Below are positions 1-9,500 of a stretch of 64,000 nucleotides of DNA, in pieces (position 1 is the stretch's first letter; the number at the start of each line of letters is the position of its first letter). Origin of the DNA: an uncultured Clostridia bacterium (GTDB lineage: Bacteria; Bacillota; Clostridia; Christensenellales; UBA1242); the NCBI GenBank assembly GCA_944383375.1, contig CALWPG010000006.1:14063-78062 (forward strand), given 5' to 3'. The notes below the pieces were generated by a model that was given only the letters and a program-made list of their open reading frames with translations, was not told where the DNA came from and did not search any database. Both the position numbers and the translations under genes were made by a program.

Positions 1-16
1 GATCACACTTATAAAT

Positions 17-370
17 ATGAAATTGATAACAGAAAATTGCTTAAAAGAGATAGATAGAGATTTGGCAAAATTATTAATATTAAAATATGTTAATGGGAAA
101 AAAAGTGTGGAAATTGCACAAAAAATGAATGTGTGTTTAAGAACTTTTTTCAGAAAATTAAATTCAGCTTTGGAAAGTTTTTCATTGTCATTATCTAGAC
201 TAGGGTATAATAATGATAGATTAAATGATATGTTAAAGGATGAAAAATGGATTTTGGCAGTACATAATCACGTGGAGAGAGCTGAACTGAGTTTGATTGA
301 TAACGATGAGCTTAAATTCAAAGTAGAGTCAAGTGTTGTTAGAGAGATTAAAAGTGTGGGTTTAATTTAA
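17..370 (+). CDS. Sigma-70 region-4-like HTH regulator (candidate phage late-gene activator); possibly 5'-truncated by the window edge
   Basis: HTH-like segment KSVEIAQKMNVCLRTFFRKLNSAL preceded by LILKYVNG resembles sigma/ECF region 4.2. There is no stop codon between nt 2 and the ATG at 17. It lies just upstream of the packaging genes. Confidence 0.45.
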   Translation: MKLITENCLKEIDRDLAKLLILKYVNGKKSVEIAQKMNVCLRTFFRKLNSALESFSLSLSRLGYNNDRLNDMLKDEKWILAVHNHVERAELSLIDNDELKFKVESSVVREIKSVGLI

Positions 371-1221
371 TCAAAATAATCGCTGTCAAGTTCATAATAA
401 TCACTATGTTTAAGTTTTGAAATTTTTTTCTTTCGCTTTTGTCTTTTAGTTTTTGCAGTACCTACACCTTTGATTGCAATTGAGGTTGGTTTAAACAAAA
501 AATATATTATTGCGATGCAAGGCAGACATATTAATACAATTATAATTATTTGCCAAGGATTAGAGATGGAGAGATAGTTGTTTGAACCAGTTTGTTCACC
601 CGCAGGCACTGTAAAGTTTGGTGTGACATATTCAAATTGTTCTGTGTTTTGTGGAAATTGTGTGAGCATATCGCAAAGTGGAGCATAGATGTAGCCATAG
701 TATTCTTGTTCTTGTTTGGCATACTTGCAATAATACCAAATATTTCCTTTGTATGGAATTGCTTCTTCGCCTTCACAAGTTCCATAGTACATAAGATTTG
801 TTTCCATGAATGGTACTGAGGTCACTAGGTTGGTTGTTCCTTGAATTTGGCTTGGCGTACTTCTTAGGTTTGCTCCACTTGGTGTAAACACGCGAAATGT
901 GGCATTGGTCACAAATGGTGTGTTTGGTGAACCGGCAACGCAGGACATTTCGTTTTTAAGAACAAACCCATAAATGCCATTGTATTGAGCCCGATAAAAT
1001 AAATCATTTTCATCGCCCAGTAGAAAAACAAAGTATGTAGGCGGAATTTCAAATAATCTATTTTGTTTATCTTGGGTGATTTCTGGAGAGGAGTATAGGT
1101 ATATTCCAGAGGCAAGCGCACGGCCGTAATACGTATTATCTGCAAAAACAATAGATCCATAACTATATGTGGAACCAAACAGTATTAGGAATAACAAACA
1201 AAAAAAGGTGAATTTTTTCAT
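367..1221 (-). CDS. Secreted, membrane-anchored protein with two SH3b-like repeats
   Basis: Signal peptide MKKFTFFCLLFLILFGSTYSYG. Two bacterial-SH3-like segments (..FYRAQYNGIYGFV.. and ..GANLRSTPS...YGYIYA..). C-terminal TM helix WQIIIIVLICLPCIAIIYFLF followed by a K/R-rich tail. Opposite strand to the phage genes. Confidence 0.55.
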   Translation of the reverse strand: MKKFTFFCLLFLILFGSTYSYGSIVFADNTYYGRALASGIYLYSSPEITQDKQNRLFEIPPTYFVFLLGDENDLFYRAQYNGIYGFVLKNEMSCVAGSPNTPFVTNATFRVFTPSGANLRSTPSQIQGTTNLVTSVPFMETNLMYYGTCEGEEAIPYKGNIWYYCKYAKQEQEYYGYIYAPLCDMLTQFPQNTEQFEYVTPNFTVPAGEQTGSNNYLSISNPWQIIIIVLICLPCIAIIYFLFKPTSIAIKGVGTAKTKRQKRKKKISKLKHSDYYELDSDYFD

Positions 1222-1297
1222 CTTTTTTATTATAACTTGAAATTATTGTACATGCTTTAGCAAATTTGACAAATTATGTCTATTTTAAGGAGATACC

Positions 1298-2740
1298 ATG
1301 ACGCAGACAGAAATTTTAAATGAGATATACAAGATAGATGAAGAATTAGAAAAACGTCAACCAAATGAGAAATTGAAAAATTATAATAGTGGAAATATCG
1401 TGCACAAAAAACAAATCCAGTTTCATAAATGTCCAAAACGGAATAGATGGGTGTTTGGAGGTAATAGAAGTGGGAAAACTGAGTGTGGTGCAGTGGAAAC
1501 AGTTTGGTTGGCCCGGGGAATACATCCTTTCAGGCAAAACAAACCAAACATAAGTGCATGGGTGGTTTCACTGTCAACGCAGGTTCAACGGGATGTTGCA
1601 CAAGCAAAAATACTTTCCTATTTGAACAGATCTTGGATAGAGGACATTGTCATGTTAAGCGGAAGAAAAGATAATGCACTTGGTGGTGTAATCGATTATA
1701 TTTTGGTAAAAAATGTTTTCGGTGGTGTGAGTAGGATTGGATTTAAAAGTTGTGACCAAGGCAGAGAAAAATTTCAAGGTACGAGCTTGGATTTTGTTTG
1801 GTTTGATGAAGAGCCACCACACGATATCTACATTGAATGCAGGATGAGAGTACTTGATAAACAAGGTGAGATTTTTGGCACTATGACACCTCTTAAAGGG
1901 CTTTCGTGGGTGTACGATGAAATATATTTGAACAAGAACAACGACAACGAGGTTTGGTACGAACAGATGGAATGGCTTGATAATCCGTACCTTTCGTTGG
2001 ATGAAATCAAAAGTTTATCTTCAAGCATGTCGAGTGATGAACTTGAGGCAAGAAGATATGGTAAATTTACGGCGAGTTCTGGCATGGTGTATCCAGAATT
2101 TGATGAAAATATTAATGTCATAGAACCATTCAATGTGCCACGTGAGTGGTATGATAATATATCCATAGATCCAGGTCTCAATAATCCGTTATCTGCACAT
2201 TGGTATGCAGTTGATTATGATAACAATATATATGTTATAGCAGAACATTTTGAAGCGAAAAAGGGGATAGAATATCATGCAAAAATGATTTGGGAAATAT
2301 GTAATAAACTTAATTGGCACACACAAAATGGCAAGATATGTGCACTTATTGATAGTGCAGCGAATCAGCGCACACTTGCAAGTGTAAAAAGTGTAAGTGA
2401 ATTATTTCATGACTATGATATACTCGTCAATCCAAATGTAAACAAGGATTTATTCAGTGGAATTCAGAGGGTAAAAACTTATTTGAAGAATGCAAATGGC
2501 GAAAGTAAACTATTTATTTTCAAAACATGCGTAAATCTTATAAGAGAACTAAAATCATATTTTTGGGGAAATAGTGATGCCCCTATTAAAAAAGATGATC
2601 ATAGTTTAGATGAATTAAGATATTATATCATGTCTCGCCCCGAAAACATCGCACCAAAGCAACCAAAATCCCTTATTCAAAAAGATAAAGAAAGGTTGAT
2701 AAAAAAAATAAAAAATTCAAGAATAAATAATTTAATTTGA
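1298..2740 (+). CDS. terL: Phage terminase large subunit
   Basis: Walker A-like FGGNRSGKTECG, Walker B-like LDFVWFDEEP, C-terminal nuclease-type region (IDPG.., IDSAAN.., DDHSLDELRYY). SD AAGGAG upstream of the ATG. Confidence 0.9.
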   Translation: MTQTEILNEIYKIDEELEKRQPNEKLKNYNSGNIVHKKQIQFHKCPKRNRWVFGGNRSGKTECGAVETVWLARGIHPFRQNKPNISAWVVSLSTQVQRDVAQAKILSYLNRSWIEDIVMLSGRKDNALGGVIDYILVKNVFGGVSRIGFKSCDQGREKFQGTSLDFVWFDEEPPHDIYIECRMRVLDKQGEIFGTMTPLKGLSWVYDEIYLNKNNDNEVWYEQMEWLDNPYLSLDEIKSLSSSMSSDELEARRYGKFTASSGMVYPEFDENINVIEPFNVPREWYDNISIDPGLNNPLSAHWYAVDYDNNIYVIAEHFEAKKGIEYHAKMIWEICNKLNWHTQNGKICALIDSAANQRTLASVKSVSELFHDYDILVNPNVNKDLFSGIQRVKTYLKNANGESKLFIFKTCVNLIRELKSYFWGNSDAPIKKDDHSLDELRYYIMSRPENIAPKQPKSLIQKDKERLIKKIKNSRINNLI

Positions 2741-2775
2741 GTTTTTAATAGTTTAACAAATTACTTTAAATTGAT

Positions 2776-2803
2776 TTGTAAAAATTATTTTATGTGATAT
2801 ATT
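2776..2803 (+). promoter_or_regulatory. Candidate sigma-A promoter for the embedded surface-protein gene
   Basis: TTGTAA (2776-2781), 16-nt spacer, extended -10 TGaTATATT (TG 2795-2796, hexamer 2798-2803). Confidence 0.35.
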
Positions 2804-2857
2804 TATATTGAAATATACATAATAAATTGCAACAGAAAAGTAATTTGGAGAATTATT

Positions 2858-5122
2858 TTGAAAAAATTAGTTTATTTGTTTTTAATATTTGTGTTCGCGA
2901 TTTTTCTTTTGCCAAACAGTTTGGCGAGTGTGTATGCTGATGATTTTATAGAAATCAATCAGGCCTCAGATTTGGTGCGCCTTCGTGCACAGCCTGACCT
3001 AAGTTACAGATTGACAAATGATATAGATCTTCAAGGTGCAGATTGGACACCAATTTCTAATTTTACAGGTATATTGGACGGCGATGGACATACCATTAGC
3101 AATTTTAACATATCTCAAACGGACGGAAATGTTGGTTTTTTTGAAAACACAAATGCTGCACAGATACATGACTTGCAGCTGTTGGGTGTAAATATAAGCA
3201 TAAACTCCAGCACAGATACAGCAATTTCAAAAGTGGGTGCTTTGGTTGCAAACTCTCAAAATTCGTCTTTTCAAAATATTTCTGTGCAATCCACAGTGAC
3301 TATTTCCTCTCCAAGTTTGGTCTATGCTGGAGGAATACTAGGTCATGCACAGAGTGGAACAAGGTTAAACAACTGTGCCAGCACAACTTCTTTTTCGGTT
3401 ATGGAAAGTGGTTCAAGCAAAACAAAATACATAGGTGGTGCCGTGGGTTATTTTGACAACAGTCAAAGTTATAACCTAATAGTAAAGCTAGCATCACAAA
3501 GTGAAGGGAATAATTTATGTTTTGGGGGTGCATACGGAATTGTATGTGGAGCCAAAAGTGAAATTAAAAATGTCGTTGTTTCTTGTGATTCTGCTTCTCC
3601 TGAAATCTTGGGATTGATTGGTGAAATAGTTTACCCTGGTGATACAGTTTATGCTAATTCAATAGATTATTTGTATACAACCATTCAAGGAGATTGTATT
3701 GGCAATCAATCAGAGCTTGAACAGGCATACAGTGAGGGAAACATCACATATGATGTTGCAAATGCGAACATTGAGGTGGTAGATTCCAGACAACCTTATT
3801 TGTTAAGTTTTTACACAAGCTATCCATTTGATGGTAGACACTCGTGGGATTTCGGTAGCATATGGCAGATTGGTGACAACAATTCATTGCCAACTCTTCA
3901 GCATTTCTCAACTTTTAGTTTTACACTTGATGAAGATAGATCATTTTCAAGTATAATGCAACGACCAAATGTTGATGTGATTACTTTTGTAACAAGTCAA
4001 TCATCTTTTCTTTATGGTGGAGATATAATGGTTGGTGGTTTTGTTAATACCAATTCATTGATGAACAAGTTTTTTGAAATAGTAGGACTTCGAAAAGACA
4101 ACACTGCAATCTTTTCAAATGATGATGTTCTAAACATTATAAATGATCCTGAAGTGATTACAGAGCAGTCTGAAGATGTGACCACTTATACTTTGGGTCA
4201 ACATGTTGTTACTGCCACACAAGGGACTGTTAATAACAATGCTGGCACTTGGTATAGTCTAGATAATTCAAGGATATTATGGGGCGTGTACACAACTCAA
4301 AATGGCACTGTTTCTGTTTATCAAATTTTAAATTGCACTGCTGCAGATGCTGGAGTATACTCTTTTGTTGTAAATAGTATTGACTATGATATTGTAATTT
4401 CTACAGAGGACATAACACATGGTAGTGTGCGAAGATCGTCAGCAGTGGCGAGTATTGAGAATGAAATGATAGAGGATAAAATTTCTTACGGCGAAACCCT
4501 TGGCTATATCGCCAAGGCATCTAGTGATTTTGGTTTTGCAGGGTGGAAAACTTCATTGTCTGAAGAAAATTATGTTAGCAATACAGAAACACTTTCAATA
4601 GCATTCAATGAAAATCTATTTACACAAGATGGAATTTTTAGTTCTGTTGAACTTGATGTTAATCAACCTATTAATGTGTTTGCAACATTTACAAAACAAG
4701 TTTGTGACATAACTTTTAGTTTTGCCATAAATGATAACATGACTCAAGACAATATTTCCAGCATTTATATTAATGGAATGTTGATTGAACCCAATGAAGA
4801 TGGTACCATAACCTACAAGCAGGCTATGAACAGCACAATTGCTGTGGAAGTTGTTCTTCCAGCTGACTATGAATTTGGCTCTTGGTATCGCCCAGATGGC
4901 GGTACTTTGTCCAATGAATTGTCGTTTTCTTTAAGTGTTGGTGAGGAAGAAAGTATGCAAGTCGTTGCCAACTTTTCAAAAGACACAAATCCTGTGTCTG
5001 GCTTGGGGTATATTTGGTGGATTATTGGGGGAAGTGTCGCTGGAATTGCTATTATTGGTTTGGTTGTATTTTTAATAGTAAAAAAGCGTAAGGATAATTC
5101 CTATAAAAATATGTGGTATTGA
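2858..5122 (+). CDS. Secreted, C-terminally membrane-anchored surface protein: GLUG/beta-helix-type N-terminal region plus Listeria-Bacteroides (Flg_new)-like repeats; candidate prophage moron
   Basis: TTG start with SD GGAG. Signal peptide MKKLVYLFLIFVFAIFLLPNSLASVYA. Motif LTNDIDLQGADWTPISNFTGILDGDGHTISNFNIS and recurring VG/GG strands typical of GLUG-type adhesins. FGFAGWKT and YEFGSWYRPDG repeat signatures. C-terminal TM IWWIIGGSVAGIAIIGLVVFLIV plus KKRKD tail. Confidence 0.7.
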   Translation: MKKLVYLFLIFVFAIFLLPNSLASVYADDFIEINQASDLVRLRAQPDLSYRLTNDIDLQGADWTPISNFTGILDGDGHTISNFNISQTDGNVGFFENTNAAQIHDLQLLGVNISINSSTDTAISKVGALVANSQNSSFQNISVQSTVTISSPSLVYAGGILGHAQSGTRLNNCASTTSFSVMESGSSKTKYIGGAVGYFDNSQSYNLIVKLASQSEGNNLCFGGAYGIVCGAKSEIKNVVVSCDSASPEILGLIGEIVYPGDTVYANSIDYLYTTIQGDCIGNQSELEQAYSEGNITYDVANANIEVVDSRQPYLLSFYTSYPFDGRHSWDFGSIWQIGDNNSLPTLQHFSTFSFTLDEDRSFSSIMQRPNVDVITFVTSQSSFLYGGDIMVGGFVNTNSLMNKFFEIVGLRKDNTAIFSNDDVLNIINDPEVITEQSEDVTTYTLGQHVVTATQGTVNNNAGTWYSLDNSRILWGVYTTQNGTVSVYQILNCTAADAGVYSFVVNSIDYDIVISTEDITHGSVRRSSAVASIENEMIEDKISYGETLGYIAKASSDFGFAGWKTSLSEENYVSNTETLSIAFNENLFTQDGIFSSVELDVNQPINVFATFTKQVCDITFSFAINDNMTQDNISSIYINGMLIEPNEDGTITYKQAMNSTIAVEVVLPADYEFGSWYRPDGGTLSNELSFSLSVGEEESMQVVANFSKDTNPVSGLGYIWWIIGGSVAGIAIIGLVVFLIVKKRKDNSYKNMWY

Positions 5123-5183
5123 TAAAAAAATGTCACAAAAACTGGAAAACAAATAAATTAAAATCTAATATGAAAATGAAAAA

Positions 5184-5211
5184 AGTCAAATAATTTTGTT
5201 TGGCTTTTTTT
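5184..5211 (+). terminator. Candidate intrinsic terminator after the surface-protein gene
   Basis: 7-bp stem AGTCAAA (5184-5190) / TTTGGCT (5199-5205, one G-U pair), 8-nt loop, then a T-run to 5211. Confidence 0.45.
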
Positions 5212-5235
5212 GTATTATTATTTGAAGGGGCAAAA

Positions 5236-5538
5236 ATGAAAAAATCGAAGGTGCCCTCTTTAGAAAAAATTGAAAGTGCACTTTTACAAAAAGCACTTGG
5301 ATACGACCATGACGAAGTCGTGGAAGAATATGTGGTTGACGAAGAAGGTGAGGTTAAACTTACAAAAAAGAAAGTTACAAAAAAACATTTTCAACCAGAT
5401 ATTCCAGCTGCAAAAATACTTTTGGAGGAGTTTAATAAAAATGTAAATATTTATGAAAACATGTCCGAAGCACAGCTTGAAAAAGAAAAAAATAAATTAA
5501 TAAAATTATTAAAAAAAGAGGGAAAAAATGGAAATTAA
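5236..5538 (+). CDS. Terminase small subunit-like protein lacking an N-terminal HTH
   Basis: Likely start is ATG 5236, with GAAGGGG just upstream (the track ORF starts at 5200). LLQKALGYDHDEVVEEY...KKKVTKKHFQPDIPAAKILLE resembles the conserved core (ALGY..E....K...PD..A) of small terminases of Firmicute phages. This is recalled from memory, not searched. Confidence 0.4.
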   Translation: MKKSKVPSLEKIESALLQKALGYDHDEVVEEYVVDEEGEVKLTKKKVTKKHFQPDIPAAKILLEEFNKNVNIYENMSEAQLEKEKNKLIKLLKKEGKNGN

Positions 5539-5743
5539 AAATTGCTTAATAAAAACAAAATGTGATGTCCAAGGTTGCAAAAATTTGGCAGATTATTGTA
5601 TTTTTTCTAATGAAAAAAATGTATTAAATTTATGCAAAAATTGTTCAAAAAATATATACGAAGTATTGGGTAAAGTAAATGTTCCAAAGGCCATTACACC
5701 ACCTTTTAAAAAACAAAAAAAAATTGAGGTGAAAAATGGATAA
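5528..5743 (+). CDS. Small Cys-rich (zinc-ribbon-like) phage protein
   Basis: 71 aa with CDVQGC ... CKNC spacing. The start overlaps the TerS-like stop and the stop overlaps the portal start, indicating translational coupling. Confidence 0.45.
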   Translation: MEIKNCLIKTKCDVQGCKNLADYCIFSNEKNVLNLCKNCSKNIYEVLGKVNVPKAITPPFKKQKKIEVKNG

Positions 5744-7595
5744 TGAAGCATTGGTCAGCGAGATCTTAGAAGATTTTAAAAAACGCCAAAATGAAAGGAA
5801 ATCATTTGAAGCTAATTGGCAACTGTGTATGAATTTTTTGATGGGTAACCAATATTGCCAAATAGGTTTTGCCGGAGAAGTTGAAGAATACGAAAAACAG
5901 TATTTTTGGCAAGAGCGCGAGGTGTACAATCACATTGCTCCTACACTTGACATAAGACTTGCCAAGCTCCAAAAAGTCAGGCCAACCATGGCTGTGATGC
6001 CGTCAAGTACTGATGACAACGATATCAAAACGGCCAAACTTTGCAAAAAGATTTTAAATTCAATTTATTCAAGATATGACATGTCCAATCTAATTAACGA
6101 AGCCACGAGATGGAGTGAGGTGACAGGCACGAGTTTTTATAAAATCACTTGGAACTCTTCAAAAGGTGACAAGATTGCAACAAAGGATGGTAGTAGTATT
6201 AATCTAGGAGATGTTGAAATATCTGTACTTAGTCCCTTTGAAATTTATCCAGACAATACGTGCACACAAAAGCTTGATGATTGTCAAAGCATTATTCATG
6301 CCAAAGCTTATCATGTTGATGAAATAAAAAGAATATACAACGTGGATGTTAAAGGAGAGGACATCAATGTATTTTCTCTAGATAACACCTCCGTTGGTAT
6401 TGGTGGACTTGGGTACATCACTCTTTCAAGTAAGGTCATAAGTGGAGTAAAACAAAATCACGCACTTGTTATAGAAAAATACATCAAACCAACAGCAGAA
6501 TATCCAAATGGTCGGTTTATTATCGTTGCAGGTGAAACACTTGTATACGATGGAGAACTCCCTTTTGTAAACAAACCTAATGGTGAAAGAGGTTTTCCAT
6601 TTATAAAACAAGAATCATTGGAACAAACGGGATGTTTTTGGGGCACAGGTATTGTAGATAGGCTCATACCAGTACAAAGAGCTTACAACGCAGTGAAAAA
6701 TAGAAAACATGAGTTTTTAAATCGTGTTTCTATGGGTGTACTGACGGTGGAAGATGGCTCTGTTGATCTTGATAACTTGGAGGAAGAGGGGCTTTCACCA
6801 GGTAAAATCTTAGTCTACAGGCAAGGATCAAGTGCTCCGAGATACATGGCAACAAACAACGTTCCAACAGATTTTGACCGTGAAGAAGAAGCTTTGCTTA
6901 GTGAATTTATGGTCATTTCTGGTGTGTCGGACATTTTAAATAATTCAACAGCTTACACATCACTTAGTGGTGTTGCACTCCAACTTTTAATTGAGCAAGA
7001 TGAGTCTAGGCTTTCACCAACAACTGACAGAATAAAAGGTTGTATCCGCGAACTTGGTGGTCACATTTTGCGCCTTTACAAGCAGTTTGCAACACTGCCA
7101 AGACTTTTTAAAGTCATGGGTGACAACGGAGAAGTGGAAGTTGTACGCTTTATGGCAAGTGATATTTCAAGTGAAGACATAGTGTTTGAAACTGATACCG
7201 AAATCAGTGAGAGCTTGGCTCAAAGGCGTAGTATGGTTTTTGATCTTTTGGAAGCTGGACTACTGTCTGATGAAAATGGGAAACTATCAAATCGAATGAG
7301 GCTTAAAGCACTTGATCTTCTTGGCTTTGGAATTTGGGAAAATGCACAGGATATAAATGAACTTCACACAAAAAAAGCCGCCAACGAAAATCTTGAACTT
7401 GCCAAAGGCAAAGAACTTAAAGTGTGTGAGATAGATAATCATGAACTACACATCACAGAACACATAACTTACATGCTTAGTAATGAATACAAAAACTTAA
7501 TTGAACAGGATAACAGTCTTGAAGAAATATTTTTAAAGCACATACGTTTGCACAAACAAATGAAAGTAATGGAACAAGATATGTCCAAGCAATAA
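5736..7595 (+). CDS. Phage portal protein
   Basis: 619 aa immediately after the packaging genes. N-terminal FEANWQLCMNFLMGNQY is typical of SPP1-gp6-like portals. Followed by scaffold and capsid genes. Confidence 0.8.
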   Translation: MDNEALVSEILEDFKKRQNERKSFEANWQLCMNFLMGNQYCQIGFAGEVEEYEKQYFWQEREVYNHIAPTLDIRLAKLQKVRPTMAVMPSSTDDNDIKTAKLCKKILNSIYSRYDMSNLINEATRWSEVTGTSFYKITWNSSKGDKIATKDGSSINLGDVEISVLSPFEIYPDNTCTQKLDDCQSIIHAKAYHVDEIKRIYNVDVKGEDINVFSLDNTSVGIGGLGYITLSSKVISGVKQNHALVIEKYIKPTAEYPNGRFIIVAGETLVYDGELPFVNKPNGERGFPFIKQESLEQTGCFWGTGIVDRLIPVQRAYNAVKNRKHEFLNRVSMGVLTVEDGSVDLDNLEEEGLSPGKILVYRQGSSAPRYMATNNVPTDFDREEEALLSEFMVISGVSDILNNSTAYTSLSGVALQLLIEQDESRLSPTTDRIKGCIRELGGHILRLYKQFATLPRLFKVMGDNGEVEVVRFMASDISSEDIVFETDTEISESLAQRRSMVFDLLEAGLLSDENGKLSNRMRLKALDLLGFGIWENAQDINELHTKKAANENLELAKGKELKVCEIDNHELHITEHITYMLSNEYKNLIEQDNSLEEIFLKHIRLHKQMKVMEQDMSKQ

Positions 7596-7606
7596 AGGAG
7601 TAGCAT

Positions 7607-8215
7607 ATGGAACAACAAAATTTAGAGGAACAACCTTTGCCTATGGGGCAAGATGATGTCACAGACAATCAGGAAGCCCCAATAGAGCAAGGCTCCTCAA
7701 TAGGAAAATTTAAAGATGCAGAGAGTTTACTTGAAGCCTATAACAATTTGCAGGCGGAGTTTACTCGTAAGTGTCAAAAGCTTGCACAGTACGAAAAAGA
7801 AAATTTACCCCCACAGCCAGTGTACAAAGATAAAGATTGGCAACAAAAGGTGAGCGACTTTCTTGCATCGCACAGTGAGGCAAAACCATTTGCAAGTGAA
7901 ATTTCACAAAAGATTCTTGAAAATCCGTCTATTTACAATGGTGAAAATGCATTAAATTTGGCATGGGCTGAGATAATATCCAAAAAGTATCGTCCGGTGG
8001 AACAACTTGTAAATGACGACAAATTTATTGAGGATTATGTGTTATCTAATGAGCAAATAAGACAAAAAGTTCTTTCAAATTACATAGCAGATCTTGAAAG
8101 AAATAAATTACCACCAATTCAGACTTCACACACAGGGAAATATACATTTCCAACGCAAAAGGTGGCGAATAATCTCAGTGAAGCAAAGTATTTGGTGGAA
8201 CAACTATTAAAATAA
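7607..8215 (+). CDS. Phage scaffolding protein (positional call)
   Basis: 202-aa acidic, helical, TM-free ORF located between the portal and major capsid genes. Confidence 0.5.
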   Translation: MEQQNLEEQPLPMGQDDVTDNQEAPIEQGSSIGKFKDAESLLEAYNNLQAEFTRKCQKLAQYEKENLPPQPVYKDKDWQQKVSDFLASHSEAKPFASEISQKILENPSIYNGENALNLAWAEIISKKYRPVEQLVNDDKFIEDYVLSNEQIRQKVLSNYIADLERNKLPPIQTSHTGKYTFPTQKVANNLSEAKYLVEQLLK

Positions 8216-8231
8216 CAAAAAGGAGAAAAAA

Positions 8232-9437
8232 ATGGTAACACTTCAAAGTGCAGAAAATGCACTTAAAACAGTATATCTTGGAGTGGTGGCAAATCAGTTA
8301 AATATCAATGCAAATCCACTTCTTGGTAAAATTAAACAAAGCACCAAAGACGTTTGGGGTAAAGAGGTACGCAAACTCGCTCCATTTGGCATAAATGGTG
8401 GTATTGGTGCTGGAGCTGAAACAGATGCTCTTCCAACAGCGGCGGGCAATAACTATGTACAGTTTGTTTCTGACCTTAAAAACCTCTATGGAAAAATTGA
8501 ACTAAGCGATAAAGCAATACGCGCCTCACAAAACAATGTTGGTGCGTTTGTGAACTTACTTAACGATGAAATGGAAGGTTTGATCAAAGCATCAAGCTTC
8601 AACTTTGGAAGAATGCTCTATGGTGATGGTACAGGTCTGTTGGCAACAATTGAAAGTGTTGACTCAACAACCAAGACAATAATCACTTTGGATAGCGTTC
8701 GTAATCTTATTGAAGGTATGGTAATTGATGTCTATAACGGCGAAACAAAATCTGCTGGTGGACTTAGAATCAAATATGTTGACAGAATCAACAAAAAGAT
8801 TCACGTTACATCTTACACACAAACTTTTGCAAAAGATTACAAACTTTATGTTCAAAACAGCAAAGGATATGAAATTTCAGGACTTGGAAAGATATTCTCA
8901 GATAGTGACACATTATATGGTGTAAGTCGCAGTGACTATCCATGGCTTGTTCCTTACACAAAGACAAATGCTGGACAAATCAATGATAGTTTAATTCAAA
9001 CCGCAATTGACTACTTAGAGGAAGTAACAGGTTCAAATGTAAACTACATAGCTTGTTCAAGCAAAGTGAGAAGAATGTATCAAGAATATCTTGGTGCTTA
9101 CAGGAGAAATATTGATGTCATGGAACTTCAAGGTGGATACAAAGCTATCACCTACAATGGTATTCCACTTGTGGCTGACAGATTTGTTGAGGATGATGCT
9201 ATGTACTTACTCAATACCGATGATTTCACATTGCATCAATTATGCGATTGGAAATGGCTTGAGGGCGAAGATGGTAAAGTCCTAAAACAAAACGCAGGTT
9301 ATCCAACGTATAGTGCAACTTTGGTGAAATATGCAGAACTTGTTTGCGACAGACCAAATGGTCAGGCAAAAATAACGGGGATCACTGCAATAACATCAAA
9401 TGGCACATCTGATTCGTCTTCAGACAATCTTTCATAA
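8232..9437 (+). CDS. Phage major capsid protein (HK97-fold type)
   Basis: 401 aa after a scaffold-like ORF. Capsid-like segments GKIELSDKAIRAS, YNGIPLVADRF and LVCDRPNGQAKITGI. SD AAAGGAG. Followed by an 11-bp hairpin. Confidence 0.75.
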   Translation: MVTLQSAENALKTVYLGVVANQLNINANPLLGKIKQSTKDVWGKEVRKLAPFGINGGIGAGAETDALPTAAGNNYVQFVSDLKNLYGKIELSDKAIRASQNNVGAFVNLLNDEMEGLIKASSFNFGRMLYGDGTGLLATIESVDSTTKTIITLDSVRNLIEGMVIDVYNGETKSAGGLRIKYVDRINKKIHVTSYTQTFAKDYKLYVQNSKGYEISGLGKIFSDSDTLYGVSRSDYPWLVPYTKTNAGQINDSLIQTAIDYLEEVTGSNVNYIACSSKVRRMYQEYLGAYRRNIDVMELQGGYKAITYNGIPLVADRFVEDDAMYLLNTDDFTLHQLCDWKWLEGEDGKVLKQNAGYPTYSATLVKYAELVCDRPNGQAKITGITAITSNGTSDSSSDNLS

Positions 9438-9447
9438 AATTTAGGTA

Positions 9448-9477
9448 AAGGCAGACCAAGAGATATTGGTCTGCCTT
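9448..9477 (+). terminator. Strong hairpin after the capsid gene (partial terminator/attenuator or mRNA-stabilising element)
   Basis: AAGGCAGACCA (9448-9458) pairs with TGGTCTGCCTT (9467-9477) across an 8-nt loop. The downstream sequence is only weakly T-rich. Confidence 0.4.
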
Positions 9478-9500
9478 AAACTTAAATAAAAGGAGCAAAA

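Noticed and set aside
2858-5122. Considered the 754-aa protein as the missing phage tail fibre or spike, because beta-helix/GLUG-like domains occur in receptor-binding proteins.
   Set aside because: It has a clear Sec signal peptide and a C-terminal TM anchor with a basic stop-transfer tail, plus its own promoter and terminator signals. This points to a cell-surface protein, not a virion component. The alternative is kept as a caveat in the findings.
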